Below, piece by piece: positions 40,187 through 51,483 of a DNA stretch of 64,000 nucleotides. Location of the stretch: assembly GCA_050183355.1 (NCBI GenBank), contig JBFXBH010000004.1:1807-65806 (forward strand), read 5' to 3'. The stretch is from Vicinamibacterales bacterium (GTDB lineage Bacteria; Acidobacteriota; Vicinamibacteria; Vicinamibacterales; UBA2999). Each line of letters begins with the position of its first letter. Positions within the stretch are counted from its first letter, which is position 1. The translations under genes and the position numbers were made by a program. The notes under the pieces were generated by a model that saw only the letters and a list, made by a program, of their open reading frames with translations, was not told the origin of the DNA and made no database searches.

Positions 40187-41300
40187 GGGCAGCGAACGCT
40201 CGCTGACCACGCCGATCTACGAGACGACCACCTATACGTTCGAGAGCGCCGCCGAGCTGCAGCGGTATCAGGATGGCGGCGGCGGGTATCTGTACTCCCG
40301 CTACGAGAACCCCACCGTCGTGGCGCTCGAAGCCAAGCTCGCCGAGGCCGATGGCGCCGAGGCCGCGCTGGCATTCGGCTCCGGCATGGCTGCGTCGTCC
40401 ACGCTGCTGATGGCGCTCACGTCGCCTGGCGACGAGATCGTGTGCGGCGCCGCCGTCTACGGCGGCACGCACCATCTGCTGACCGGCCTGCTCGCGCGCT
40501 TCGGCGTGACCGCACGGTTCGTCAGCCCGGAGCAGATGGCCGACCTCGGTGACGTGTTCGGGCCGCGGACGCGGCTGCTCTGGTTCGAGACGCCGTCCAA
40601 TCCGACGCTGCGCTGTGTCGACATCGCGAGGGTCACCGCCGCCTGTCGCGCGGCCGGCGTGATGAGCGTCATCGACAACACGTTCGCGAGCCCGGTCAAC
40701 CAGCAGCCGATCGCGCTGGGCGTCGACCTGACGATGCAGAGCGCGTCGAAGTACCTGAACGGGCACAGCGACGTCGTGGCCGGCACCGTGGCCGGTGCCC
40801 GCGCACTCATCGAGCGCCTCTCGAAGACGCGGCGGCTCCTCGGCGGCATCCTTGACCCGCAGCCGGCCTATGCGCTGATGCGCGGGCTCAAGACGCTCAG
40901 CGTGCGCGTGGTCCAGCACAACGCCAACGGCCTCGCCGTGGCCCGTGGACTCGAGGGGCATCCCGCCATCGCCCGCGTGTGGTACCCGGGGCTGGATTCG
41001 CACCCGGACCACGCCGTGGCACGGGCCCAGATGCGCGGCTTCGGCGGTATGGTGTGCCTGGATCTGACGGGCGGGCAGGAGGCCGTCGTGCGCGCCTACG
41101 ACCGCATGAAAGTCGTCAAACGCGCGGCCAGCCTGGGCGGCGTGGAGTCCATCGCCAGCATCCCCGTTCTCACCTCGCACTACGGCTTCACGGATGCGCA
41201 GCTCGCCGAAAGGGGCGTGACCCGCGGGATGCTCCGCGTGTCTGTGGGACTCGAAGACGCGGCGGACGTCCTCGCCGACCTGCGTCAGGCGGTGGAGTAG
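40146..41300 (+). CDS. Cys/Met-metabolism PLP enzyme (methionine gamma-lyase / cystathionine gamma-synthase family)
   Basis: Start at MGTGFSTRLIHAG (ATG 40146). YSRYENPT, and PLP-lysine block SASKYLNGHSDVVAG. Overlaps the upstream gene by 41 nt. Confidence 0.88.
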   Translation: MGTGFSTRLIHAGEGSERSLTTPIYETTTYTFESAAELQRYQDGGGGYLYSRYENPTVVALEAKLAEADGAEAALAFGSGMAASSTLLMALTSPGDEIVCGAAVYGGTHHLLTGLLARFGVTARFVSPEQMADLGDVFGPRTRLLWFETPSNPTLRCVDIARVTAACRAAGVMSVIDNTFASPVNQQPIALGVDLTMQSASKYLNGHSDVVAGTVAGARALIERLSKTRRLLGGILDPQPAYALMRGLKTLSVRVVQHNANGLAVARGLEGHPAIARVWYPGLDSHPDHAVARAQMRGFGGMVCLDLTGGQEAVVRAYDRMKVVKRAASLGGVESIASIPVLTSHYGFTDAQLAERGVTRGMLRVSVGLEDAADVLADLRQAVE

Positions 41301-41326
41301 TGCGGGGCGCCGGAGTTGTGCCGCGC

Positions 41327-41740
41327 ATGATGAAACGTTCGCTCATCGCTGGCGCCGCAGTGCTTCTCGCCTGGATGCTGCTCGACCTGGTCACACATCG
41401 TTTCTTCCTGGCCGATCTCTACGAAGCCGACGCTGTGCTGTGGCGGCCGTTCGATCAGATGAACGTCGTGCTGATCTACACGGTGACGGTCGTCCTGATA
41501 GGAGTCTTCGTCGGCGTGTACTCGCTGCTCGTCAGACCAAAGTCGCTGGGGGCGGGTCTGGCTCTTGGTGCCTTTGTGGGCCTTGCCCTGGGAGTCTCGT
41601 CGGGGTTTGGCACATTCATTCACATGCCGATTCCGCTTGCGCTGGCCTGGGGCTGGCTCGTGGCTGGGTGGCTGAAGGGTCTCGTAGCCGGCGGAATCGT
41701 GGGTGCGTTAATCACGGACCAGAACCGAGCAGCGGCCTGA
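41327..41740 (+). CDS. hypothetical four-TM membrane protein
   Basis: Start at MMKRSLIAGAAVLL (ATG 41327) within ORF 40979..41740. Four hydrophobic segments. Many A/T-ending codons, unlike its neighbours. Confidence 0.55.
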   Translation: MMKRSLIAGAAVLLAWMLLDLVTHRFFLADLYEADAVLWRPFDQMNVVLIYTVTVVLIGVFVGVYSLLVRPKSLGAGLALGAFVGLALGVSSGFGTFIHMPIPLALAWGWLVAGWLKGLVAGGIVGALITDQNRAAA

Positions 41741-41772
41741 CACGCGCTGGAGCCGACGCAGCGAAGATCGCA

Positions 41773-41973
41773 ATGCTCAAGTTCCTTCTCTGGCTGCTTC
41801 TCCTCGTGGTCTGCTGGCCTCTTGCTCTGCTCGCGCTACTGCTGTGGCCCATCGTCTGGCTGGTCTCTCTCCCGTTTCGCCTCATCGGCATCACCTTCGA
41901 GGCAGTGTTTGCGCTGCTGGGCGCCGTCCTCTTGCTACCCGCGCGCGCACTGGGATACAAACCCAACCCATGA
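41773..41973 (+). CDS. hypothetical small Leu/Trp-rich two-TM protein
   Basis: 66 aa from ATG 41773 (MLKFLLWLLLLVVCWPLALL...). Its stop overlaps the next start (ATGA). Confidence 0.4.
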   Translation: MLKFLLWLLLLVVCWPLALLALLLWPIVWLVSLPFRLIGITFEAVFALLGAVLLLPARALGYKPNP

Positions 41974-42836
41974 GCGCTACAGCACGGCTTAACCCTTCGT
42001 TGCACTCGACCATGGCTCGTCTCGTCGGACCTGTCATCTGGCTGGCCGCGTCGTTGGCGGTCGCCGCGGCAGCGTCGGCCGAGCCATTGCCGGTCGCGCA
42101 GCAGAACGCCGTTGTCGAGAAACACTGCGCGGTATGCCACACGGACCGCACGCCGAATGGCGGGCTGTCCCTGCAGGGGTTCGACGCCGCGTCGGTCACA
42201 CCCGGCCTGGCGGCCATGATGCTCTCCAAGCTCACCTCCGGTCTGCCGCTTGCGGCCATCGCGAAGGCCGCGACGGACGAGACAGCCCGGGGGCACCTCA
42301 CGAAGCGGATCTACGGCGGCGCCATCATGGCGGCGGGCATCGCGCCGCCCGAGCCCGGCGTGAGTCTCGCGCTGACCGCGGCGCTGGCGGAACGCGCCGC
42401 CGGGGCCACATCGTGGCACCTGAGCCAGGTCGGAGGCGCGACCACCGCGCCCCGGCACACCACGGTGAGCATCGTGCGCGAGGTGCCGCGAGAGGCCGAC
42501 GTCGTGGAATCGTACCGGCTGCTGCTGACCTGCGATGGCGCGACCGGGCGCGGTCAGATGCAGGTCGCGTGGTCGCCCGTCGCAACCACGGGTGTGCTCG
42601 CGACCGTGGTCGACGGCACCCCGCACGGCCGCCACGCTGTGGAGGGGAGGGAGGCCATGGGGAATGGCTCGGGGACGGGCAAGGGATTGGCCGCGGTGTC
42701 GCTGCCCTCGCTGGCGCTGCCGATGCGCTCCTTCCTGGTTCGGGACTTGTTCCCGGGCGAGCAGGTGGACTTCCCGTTTGCGGATCTGCCACCCGCCGCC
42801 CGGCGGGCTCTTGAGCCTTGTGCTGTGCGTCGCTGA
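41970..42836 (+). CDS. exported protein with a single CxxCH heme-binding motif (planctomycete-cytochrome-c-like N-domain)
   Basis: ATG 41970 (MSATARL...). Hydrophobic signal VIWLAASLAVAAAASA, then EKHCAVCHTDRTPNGGLSLQGF. The remaining about 200 aa have no motif I recognise. Confidence 0.55.
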   Translation: MSATARLNPSLHSTMARLVGPVIWLAASLAVAAAASAEPLPVAQQNAVVEKHCAVCHTDRTPNGGLSLQGFDAASVTPGLAAMMLSKLTSGLPLAAIAKAATDETARGHLTKRIYGGAIMAAGIAPPEPGVSLALTAALAERAAGATSWHLSQVGGATTAPRHTTVSIVREVPREADVVESYRLLLTCDGATGRGQMQVAWSPVATTGVLATVVDGTPHGRHAVEGREAMGNGSGTGKGLAAVSLPSLALPMRSFLVRDLFPGEQVDFPFADLPPAARRALEPCAVRR

Positions 42837-42885
42837 CTGCGGACCGTCGGTCTGACGTCATACCCGGAGACCTGGAGATCACACG

Positions 42886-43380
42886 ATGACAAGGATCGAG
42901 CAGCTGCTCGCCGAGTTCGCGCACGAAACAGCGACCGCGCGGACGCATCTGGAACGGTTGCCCGCCGGCCAGTTCGAGTGGCGGCCACACGCGAAGTCGT
43001 TCACGGCGGGGCAACTGGGGTCGCACATCGTCGACTGCATCCGCTGGATTGAGCCGATCTTCGGCGCGGACGAGCTGGAGATGAATCCGGGCGACTACAA
43101 GCCTTTCAGCGCCAGCTCGGTGGCCGCGCTGATCGAAGGCTTCGACGGCGAGGTGGCCCGGGCCACTCAGGTGATGGCGAACTCGGCCGACACGAGTGCC
43201 ACGCAGCCGTGGCGGCTCACGGTGCAGGGGAAGGTGTGGTTCGAGAAGCCCCGGGAGGCGGTGTTTCGCGACATGACGTTGAGCCACCTGGTGCATCACC
43301 GCGGGCAGTTCTCGGTCTACCTGCGGCTGCTCGACGTGGCCGTGCCGGGTTCGTATGGCCCGACGGCGGATGAGGACTAG
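42886..43380 (+). CDS. DinB-family (four-helix bundle, metal-binding) protein
   Basis: 164 aa. W-x-P-H and HLVHHRGQ motifs characteristic of DinB/YfiT-like proteins. Confidence 0.75.
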   Translation: MTRIEQLLAEFAHETATARTHLERLPAGQFEWRPHAKSFTAGQLGSHIVDCIRWIEPIFGADELEMNPGDYKPFSASSVAALIEGFDGEVARATQVMANSADTSATQPWRLTVQGKVWFEKPREAVFRDMTLSHLVHHRGQFSVYLRLLDVAVPGSYGPTADED

Positions 43381-43382
43381 AC

Positions 43383-44342
43383 ATGGCGAGGCATCGAACG
43401 GCGTTGCCGCAGCTCGGCGGGGGACTGTTCCTGGCGGACGGCGGCATCGAGACGACGCTGATCTTTCTCGACGGGCTGGAGCTGCCGGACTTCGCGGCGT
43501 TCACGCTCCTGGGCTCCGAGGAGGGCCGGGGCGCGTTGCAGCGGTACTTCCGGAGCTATGTCGACCTTGCGGCCCGATTCCGCACGGGCCTGGTGCTGGA
43601 GAGCGCGACGTGGCGGGCGAGTGCGGACTGGGGCGCCCGGCGTGGCTACAGCGCTGCGGAACTGGCGGAAGCGAATCGCGCCGCGATCGCGATGCTCGAT
43701 GAACTCCGAACGGCTGCGGGGGAGACAGGCGTGCCCATTGTGATCAGCGGCTGTGTGGGTCCGCGGGGTGATGGCTACGTCCCCGGGCACACGATGTCCG
43801 CGGACGAGGCCGAGGCCTATCACGGCGCCCAGATTCGCGTCTTCAGCGAGTCCGCGGCCGACTTGGTCGGCGCCATCACGATGAACTACGTGGAAGAGGC
43901 GCTCGGCGTGACCCGCGCGGCCCGGCACGCCGGGATGCCGGTGGCGATCTCGTTCACGGTCGAGACGGACGGCCGGCTGCCGACGGGGCAGTCGCTCCAG
44001 GCGGCGATCGAACAGGTCGAGGCCGAGACCGACGGGTATCCGGCTTACTACATGCTGAACTGCGCGCACCCGGATCACTTCGAGCACGTCCTCGAACCTG
44101 GGCAGCCGTGGTCGCGGCGGATTCGGGGCGTGCGTGCGAACGCCTCCCGCTGCTCCCATGCGGAGCTGAACGAGTCCACGGAACTCGACATCGGCGACCC
44201 GGCGGAGCTCGGGCGGCAGTATGCCGGGCTCAAGCGGGCCCACCCGCAGTTGAACGTCATGGGCGGCTGCTGCGGCACCGATCCCCGCCACATCGAGCAG
44301 ATTGCGCTGGCCTGCAGGAGCCTGTTCGCCTCCGCGTCGTAG
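43383..44342 (+). CDS. homocysteine S-methyltransferase family protein
   Basis: 319 aa. DGGIETTL N-terminal motif, and the C-terminal zinc-ligand block MGGCCGTDPRHI. Confidence 0.85.
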   Translation: MARHRTALPQLGGGLFLADGGIETTLIFLDGLELPDFAAFTLLGSEEGRGALQRYFRSYVDLAARFRTGLVLESATWRASADWGARRGYSAAELAEANRAAIAMLDELRTAAGETGVPIVISGCVGPRGDGYVPGHTMSADEAEAYHGAQIRVFSESAADLVGAITMNYVEEALGVTRAARHAGMPVAISFTVETDGRLPTGQSLQAAIEQVEAETDGYPAYYMLNCAHPDHFEHVLEPGQPWSRRIRGVRANASRCSHAELNESTELDIGDPAELGRQYAGLKRAHPQLNVMGGCCGTDPRHIEQIALACRSLFASAS

Positions 44343-44359
44343 CACCCGATCCCGGGAGA

Positions 44360-45778
44360 CTACCGGCTCTTCTTTTCGGGCTGGTTCCTGAGGAAGTGAC
44401 GGACGAGGTGGTCGAGCCGGGCCGTCACGTCCTCGGGGGCGAGTGAGCCGTAGATGTCCTTGTACTTGGCCACCGGAATCACGGCCTTGGCCATCGCCCG
44501 GTGGCCGCCGGCGCTGCCGATGCCGCCGAACGCCTGCTTGACGAACTCGCCCGCGTTGCGCGTGTAGCCGAGGTTCCGGACGGAGATCGTGATCACGTCG
44601 CCGACCCGGGCGCCTACGACGGTCCAGCGGACGTTCTCGAGCTGCAGGTAGAAGTCCGCCACGTACGGGACCACGTCGTCGCGCGGGGCGTCGCCGAGGA
44701 ACGTGCAGAAGACCTGGTCGGCGAAGCGGCCGTTCGTGCGGGCCGTCACGATGAAGTCCAGCCGCTCCGGTGTGATCTCGGCGCCCTCCATCTTGCGGAT
44801 GAGCGTCGCGTCGGCGAGCGGATAGAGGTACGAGAACGCCTCGATGTCGACGCGGCTGGCCTGCCGGTTGAAGAACAGCGTGTCGCTCTTGATCGCGTAG
44901 AGCATCGCCGTGGCCGTGCGCTCGGAGATCTTCTCGTCCACGGCCCGGAGGTGCTCGGTCAGGATGGTGCACGTGGAGCCGTAGTCGGTGCGGACGTCCT
45001 TGAACACGGGACGGTAACCGGGCTGCTCGGGGTGATGATCGATGACCAGATCGACGTGTCCGACCTTGTCGCCGAAGTAGGCGGGCTGCACGTCCACCAT
45101 CGCGACGCGGTCGTAGTTGGCGAGCGAGTCCGGCGTCACTGGCTCGACGTAGATGTCCAGCATCTGCTGCATGCGCTGGTTCTCGGGGCGGGTCACGCCG
45201 CGGAACGCGCCGATCTTCGCCGTGCTGCGCGTGCGCCGCAGCGCGGCACGCAGGGCCAGGCCGCTGGCCATGGCGTCCGGGTCGGGGTCGTTGTGGAGCA
45301 GGATCAGGATGCGACTGGCGTCTTCGAAGTAGTGCCGGTACTGCTGGACGCGGAGGCGGGTGAGGGAGCGGCTGAACTCGGTGGCGAGGGCGGAGCCGAA
45401 CAGTTCGCCGGGCGTCAGGTAGCTGACGTCCGGGAAGCGTTTCTTGAGCTGCTCCTCCCGTTTGTGCGCCGCCGGCCCTCCGGACGCGCCGAGCACGTAG
45501 ACGAGCGTGCCCCCGGCGTGGTGCGCGGCCTCGATGATCGGAATGAGCCGCTGGTGGCCGTCGTCCTCGATGATCACGGCGGTGCCGGGCATCAGATCCG
45601 CCTTGATGAACAGCGCGGCCTTCTCGGGGTTGCCCACGGCGACCGGAAAGCCGGCGGCGCGAATCTTCCGCGCGACCGCCGCGTTCGGGACGAGGAACTC
45701 GAGGTCGTAGCCCGTGCTCAACGCCTCGTTGAGCATCCGGATCACGATCTCGTTCTGGCACACGGCGAGGCAACGCAT
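44360..45778 (-). CDS. DHH/DHHA1 phosphoesterase with an N-terminal Rossmann-like (TrkA-N-like, degenerate) domain
   Basis: Start at [12 protein letters not shown] (ATG 45778). [19 protein letters not shown], and GGHRAMAKA (DHHA1 GGGH-like). Confidence 0.75.
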   Translation of the reverse strand: MRCLAVCQNEIVIRMLNEALSTGYDLEFLVPNAAVARKIRAAGFPVAVGNPEKAALFIKADLMPGTAVIIEDDGHQRLIPIIEAAHHAGGTLVYVLGASGGPAAHKREEQLKKRFPDVSYLTPGELFGSALATEFSRSLTRLRVQQYRHYFEDASRILILLHNDPDPDAMASGLALRAALRRTRSTAKIGAFRGVTRPENQRMQQMLDIYVEPVTPDSLANYDRVAMVDVQPAYFGDKVGHVDLVIDHHPEQPGYRPVFKDVRTDYGSTCTILTEHLRAVDEKISERTATAMLYAIKSDTLFFNRQASRVDIEAFSYLYPLADATLIRKMEGAEITPERLDFIVTARTNGRFADQVFCTFLGDAPRDDVVPYVADFYLQLENVRWTVVGARVGDVITISVRNLGYTRNAGEFVKQAFGGIGSAGGHRAMAKAVIPVAKYKDIYGSLAPEDVTARLDHLVRHFLRNQPEKKSR

Positions 45779-45862
45779 CGCAGCGGCGATTATACCGGCG
45801 CGCGTGAGGGACGTAGTACCATGCTCTGTTCGGCGACGCGCGACAGCGCGTCCCGTGGACGC

Positions 45863-47905
<2,043 letters not shown>

Positions 47906-47906
47906 C

Positions 47907-48671
47907 GTGCTGACACGCGTACTCAAATCCATGGTGCAGGAGGTGCAGGAGTACGTGCAGCTCTGCGGCGCCGCCGTCCGGAACTGCTTCTCGCGGCCGT
48001 TCTACCGGCACGACTTCATCGAGCAGCTCGATTCCATCGGCATGGGGTCGCTGACGGTCGTCCTGCTGACCGGCTTCTTCACCGGCGCGGTGCTGGCCCT
48101 GCAGTCCGGCATGACGCTGGACCAGTTCGGCGCGCGGCCGTTCGTCGGGCGGCTGATCAGTGCGTCGATGATCAAGGAACTGGGCCCGGTGCTGACCGGC
48201 CTGATGCTGGCCGGGCGCGTGGGCTCGGGCATCGCGGCGGAACTGGGCTCGATGGTCGTGACCGACCAGGTGAGCGCGCTCCGGGCCCTGGGCACGGACC
48301 CGGTGCGGAAGCTCGTCGTGCCGCGGATTCTGGCGGGCACGCTGATGGCGCCGGTGTTGACGATCGTCGCGGACACGGTCGGCATCCTGGGCGGCTGGCT
48401 GATCGCCGTCTACCAGCTCCGCGTGGCGTCGAGCCTGTACTGGAAGTCCGTCACGGAAGGGCTCTACATCCAGGACGTCTGGATGGGGCTGATGAAGCCG
48501 TTCATCCTCGGCTTCGTCATCGTCAGCATCGGCTGCTACGTGGGTCTGAAGACGAAGGGCGGCACGCAGGGCGTGGGCCGCGCCACCACGAACGCCGTCG
48601 TGGCCTCGTCCGTGATGGTCATCGCCGTCGACTTCTTCGTGACGCGGCTGCTGTTCTCGCTGATCTACTGA
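47907..48671 (+). CDS. mlaE: MlaE-family ABC transporter permease
   Basis: GTG 47907, 1 nt after the uvrB stop. GMGSLTVVLLTGFFTGAV, ELGPVLTGLMLAGRVGSGIAAELGSM, and ALRALGTDP motifs. Confidence 0.85.
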   Translation: MLTRVLKSMVQEVQEYVQLCGAAVRNCFSRPFYRHDFIEQLDSIGMGSLTVVLLTGFFTGAVLALQSGMTLDQFGARPFVGRLISASMIKELGPVLTGLMLAGRVGSGIAAELGSMVVTDQVSALRALGTDPVRKLVVPRILAGTLMAPVLTIVADTVGILGGWLIAVYQLRVASSLYWKSVTEGLYIQDVWMGLMKPFILGFVIVSIGCYVGLKTKGGTQGVGRATTNAVVASSVMVIAVDFFVTRLLFSLIY

Positions 48672-49516
48672 TGGGGCAGAGGGACACGGCGGCGCGTGGT
48701 GGCGCGGTGGCGCTCGCGGACGAGCCGCCGATGCTCGTGTTCGACCGGGTGTCGCTGGCCTTCGACGACAAGGTCGTGCTGCGCGAGGTGAGCTTCACGC
48801 TGCTCGAAGGGCACACGAAGCTGCTGCTCGGGGCCAGCGGGTCGGGCAAGTCCACGATCCTGAAGCTGATCCTGGGATTGCTGAAGCCGGACGGCGGCGA
48901 GATCTGGGTGCGCGGCGTGCGGGTGGACCAGATGACGGAGGCCCAGATGATGGGGGTCCGGGCCGACCTGGGCATGGTGTTCCAGGAAGGCGCGCTGTTC
49001 GACTCGCTGACGGTGGCGGAGAACGTCGGCTTCAAGCTCTACGAGGAAACCGACGCCCCGCTGCTCGAGGTCCGGAAGCGCGTCGAGCAGGTGCTGGGCT
49101 TCATCGACCTCGCGGACTTCATCGACCGGATGCCGGCGGAACTCTCCGGCGGACAGCGGCGGCGTGTGGCCATCGCCAGGGCGATGGCCTCCCGGCCGCG
49201 TATCCTGCTCTATGACGAGCCGACGACGGGGCTGGATCCGATCACGGCGTTCACGGTGGACCGGGAGATCGTCAAGCTGCGGGACCTGGAGGAGGTCACC
49301 TCGATCATGGTAACGCACCAGCTCCGCGACGCGTTCTTCGTCTCGGACCACGAGGCCGTCCGCGGTGGGGCCGGCATCGAGATTCGGGCGGCCGGTGCCG
49401 CCAAGCTGGACGAAGCGGAGTTCATCATGCTCAAGGAGGGCGTGGTGCACTTCGAGGGCAATTCACGGGAACTGCGGGCCAGCCGCGACCCGTACATCAC
49501 GAGCTTTCTGTCCTGA
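48671..49516 (+). CDS. mlaF: ABC transporter ATP-binding protein (MlaF-like)
   Basis: 281 aa. Walker A GASGSGKST, signature LSGGQRRRVAIARA, and Walker B LLYDEPT. Confidence 0.88.
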   Translation: MGQRDTAARGGAVALADEPPMLVFDRVSLAFDDKVVLREVSFTLLEGHTKLLLGASGSGKSTILKLILGLLKPDGGEIWVRGVRVDQMTEAQMMGVRADLGMVFQEGALFDSLTVAENVGFKLYEETDAPLLEVRKRVEQVLGFIDLADFIDRMPAELSGGQRRRVAIARAMASRPRILLYDEPTTGLDPITAFTVDREIVKLRDLEEVTSIMVTHQLRDAFFVSDHEAVRGGAGIEIRAAGAAKLDEAEFIMLKEGVVHFEGNSRELRASRDPYITSFLS

Positions 49517-49525
49517 GGACCTGAT

Positions 49526-50566
49526 ATGCCACGCACGCGATCCCTTGCCTGGACCGAGCTGAAGGTCGGCGTCGTGTCGATCTTCGCGATCGGCATGGCC
49601 GCCCTGATGATCTTCCTGCTGAGCGGCGACAGCGGCTTCCCGTGGGAGCGCTACACGGTGAAGGCGATGTTCGACGACATCGCGGGCCTGAAGACAGGAG
49701 CGCCGGTGCGCGTGGCCGGCGTGGAGACGGGCACCGTGACGGCCATCACCTTCAAGGACGATCAGGTCGAGCTCGAGATGGAGATCACCGAGGACATGCA
49801 GTCGCGGATCACGGACCGGTCGGTCGCGTCGCTCGGGTCGGTGTCGCTGCTCGGCGAGTCCGCGATCGATATCACGGCGGCGAGCAAGGGCACGCCGGTG
49901 CCCGATTACGGGTACGTGAAGACGGGACCTGCGGCGGGCTCCATCTCCGACGTGGCCGCGCGCGCGGGCGACAGCATCGAGGCGGTGAAGACGCTGATGA
50001 GCGACATCAGCGCTGGTAAGGGCACCGTGGGCCGCCTGTTCACGGACGATGCGCTGTACGAGGATCTGGACAAGCTGCTCTCCAACGTGGAGGCCATCAC
50101 GCGGGGCCTGAACTCAGGCAAGGGCTCGATCGGCCGGCTGATGCAGGACCCGGCGCTGGCGAAGTCGCTTGAGGGCTCGCTGAAGAACCTCGAGGGCATC
50201 ACCGCCGACCTGCGGGCCGGCAAGGGCAGCCTGGGTCAGTTGCTGAACAACGACGAGTTGAGCAGGTCGCTGAAGAGCACGACGTCCAACCTCGACACGA
50301 TGACCGCGAAGCTGAACCGCGGCGAAGGCACGGCGGGGAAGCTGCTGAACGACGACGCGCTGTTCAAGAAGCTGGATTCGGTGACCGGGCGTCTCGACAA
50401 GGTGGTCAGCGACCTGCAGGCCGGACAGGGCACGGCCGGCCAGCTGCTGTACGACAAGCGGCTCTACGACCGGCTGAACAGCACGGTCACCGAGGTGCAG
50501 GGCCTCGTGTCGGACATCCGGAAGGATCCGAAGCGATACCTGAACGTGAAGGTCAGCCTGTTCTGA
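49526..50566 (+). CDS. mlaD: MCE/MlaD-family substrate-binding protein with a C-terminal tandem-repeat region
   Basis: 346 aa. N-terminal TM anchor, MCE domain (GLKTGAPVRVAGVETGTV), then five 34-aa repeats. Confidence 0.85.
   Translation: MPRTRSLAWTELKVGVVSIFAIGMAALMIFLLSGDSGFPWERYTVKAMFDDIAGLKTGAPVRVAGVETGTVTAITFKDDQVELEMEITEDMQSRITDRSVASLGSVSLLGESAIDITAASKGTPVPDYGYVKTGPAAGSISDVAARAGDSIEAVKTLMSDISAGKGTVGRLFTDDALYEDLDKLLSNVEAITRGLNSGKGSIGRLMQDPALAKSLEGSLKNLEGITADLRAGKGSLGQLLNNDELSRSLKSTTSNLDTMTAKLNRGEGTAGKLLNDDALFKKLDSVTGRLDKVVSDLQAGQGTAGQLLYDKRLYDRLNSTVTEVQGLVSDIRKDPKRYLNVKVSLF
50015..50524 (+). repeat. five in-frame tandem repeats of exactly 34 codons (102 nt) inside mlaD
   Basis: Repeat units begin GKGTVGRLFTDDALY, GKGSIGRLMQDPALA, GKGSLGQLLNNDELS, GEGTAGKLLNDDALF and GQGTAGQLLYDKRLY. 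Counted from the translated ORF. Confidence 0.85.
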
Positions 50567-50590
50567 CGAGCGCCGCCGGCCGTACGTAGA

Positions 50591-50633
50591 AAACCGGGTG
50601 CTCGCTCCCGTCTGGCGGAGTCGAGACCCGGTT
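50591..50633 (-). terminator. intrinsic-terminator-like hairpin downstream of tRNA-Val (also follows mlaD on the + strand)
   Basis: AACCGGGT (50592-99) pairs with ACCCGGTT (50626-33), with extra inner pairing. On the minus strand it is followed by TTTTCT (rc of 50586-91). Confidence 0.5.
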
Positions 50634-50645
50634 CGCGGAACTGGA

Positions 50646-50720
50646 TGGTGGGCGCTGGAGGATTCGAACCTCCGACCCCCGCCGTGTGAAGGCGATGCTC
50701 TACCACTGAGCCAAGCGCCC
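50646..50720 (-). tRNA. tRNA-Val (anticodon CAC), CCA encoded
   Basis: Hand-folded cloverleaf of the rc sequence. Acceptor GGGCGCT/AGCGCCC; D-arm GCTC-AGTGGTA-GAGC; anticodon stem TCGCC/GGCGG with loop TTCACAC; T-arm GGAGG-TTCGAAT-CCTCC; then ACCA. Confidence 0.9.
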
Positions 50721-50775
50721 AGCCCGTCTCGCGAGTCTATCACAGCGAATCGCGGTCCCCGGCCGCACGCGGGGC

Positions 50776-51399
50776 CTACAGCGTGCCGTACAACCGATCC
50801 CCGAAGTCGCCCAGACCGGGCACGATGTACTTCCGGTCGTTCAGATGGGGGTCGACCACGGGCGTCACGACGTCGACGTCCGGATGCCGCGCGGCCATGG
50901 TCGCCACGCCGTCCGCGGCCGCCACGATGCAGGCCAGGCGGATGTGCGTGGCGCCCGCGGCCTTGATCGCGTCGATGGCGTCCGCGGCGCTGCCGCCCGT
51001 GGCGAGCATCGGATCCACGAGCAGCACGAAGCTGTCGTGCAGCTTGGCCGGCAGGTTCATGTAGTAGCGCGCGGCCACGGCCGTGTTCTCGTCGCGGCGC
51101 AGGCCGATGTACCCGACGCGGGCGGTCGGGGCGATCTCGAGCGCGGCTTCCAGCATGCCGAGCCCGGCGCGCAGTACCGGCACGATCACGATGTCGGACG
51201 CCACGCGCCGGCCGGTCGCCGGCGCCAGCACGGTCTGGACCGTGGCGGGCGCGGTGGGCACGTCGCGGAGCGCCTCGGAGGCGATCAGCACGCTGATGCG
51301 GCGCGCCGTGCTCCGGAAGTCCGCGGCCACGGTGCGCTGGTCGCGCAGCGTCATCAGGGCGTCGTGGGCGAGGGGATGGTCGACGAGTCGGACAGGCAC
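50776..51399 (-). CDS. upp: uracil phosphoribosyltransferase
   Basis: 207 aa. PRPP loop LLVDPMLATGGSA, and the C-terminal YIVPGLGDFGDRLYGT. Confidence 0.95.
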   Translation of the reverse strand: MPVRLVDHPLAHDALMTLRDQRTVAADFRSTARRISVLIASEALRDVPTAPATVQTVLAPATGRRVASDIVIVPVLRAGLGMLEAALEIAPTARVGYIGLRRDENTAVAARYYMNLPAKLHDSFVLLVDPMLATGGSAADAIDAIKAAGATHIRLACIVAAADGVATMAARHPDVDVVTPVVDPHLNDRKYIVPGLGDFGDRLYGTL

Positions 51400-51483
51400 G
51401 AGCGGAATCGTACCCTTCGGCCCGGTTCGTGGAAAGTGAAACCTCGCTCAGGGCCGGCCCGCCGAGCGTCCTAAGATGGGGCC

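Noticed and set aside
44501-45862. N-terminal 454 codons of the 1134-aa ORF that contains uvrB
   Set aside because: UvrB homology begins at MTPTQG...[13 protein letters not shown]. The upstream part is the antisense shadow of the DHH phosphoesterase gene.
50567-50775. Genomic-island or integration signature at tRNA-Val, and likewise at tRNA-Gly (59547..59665)
   Set aside because: There is no integrase, and no direct repeat of the tRNA 3' end was noticed nearby. Flanking genes are core (mlaD, upp, ppa), apart from the orphan VapB-like ORF.
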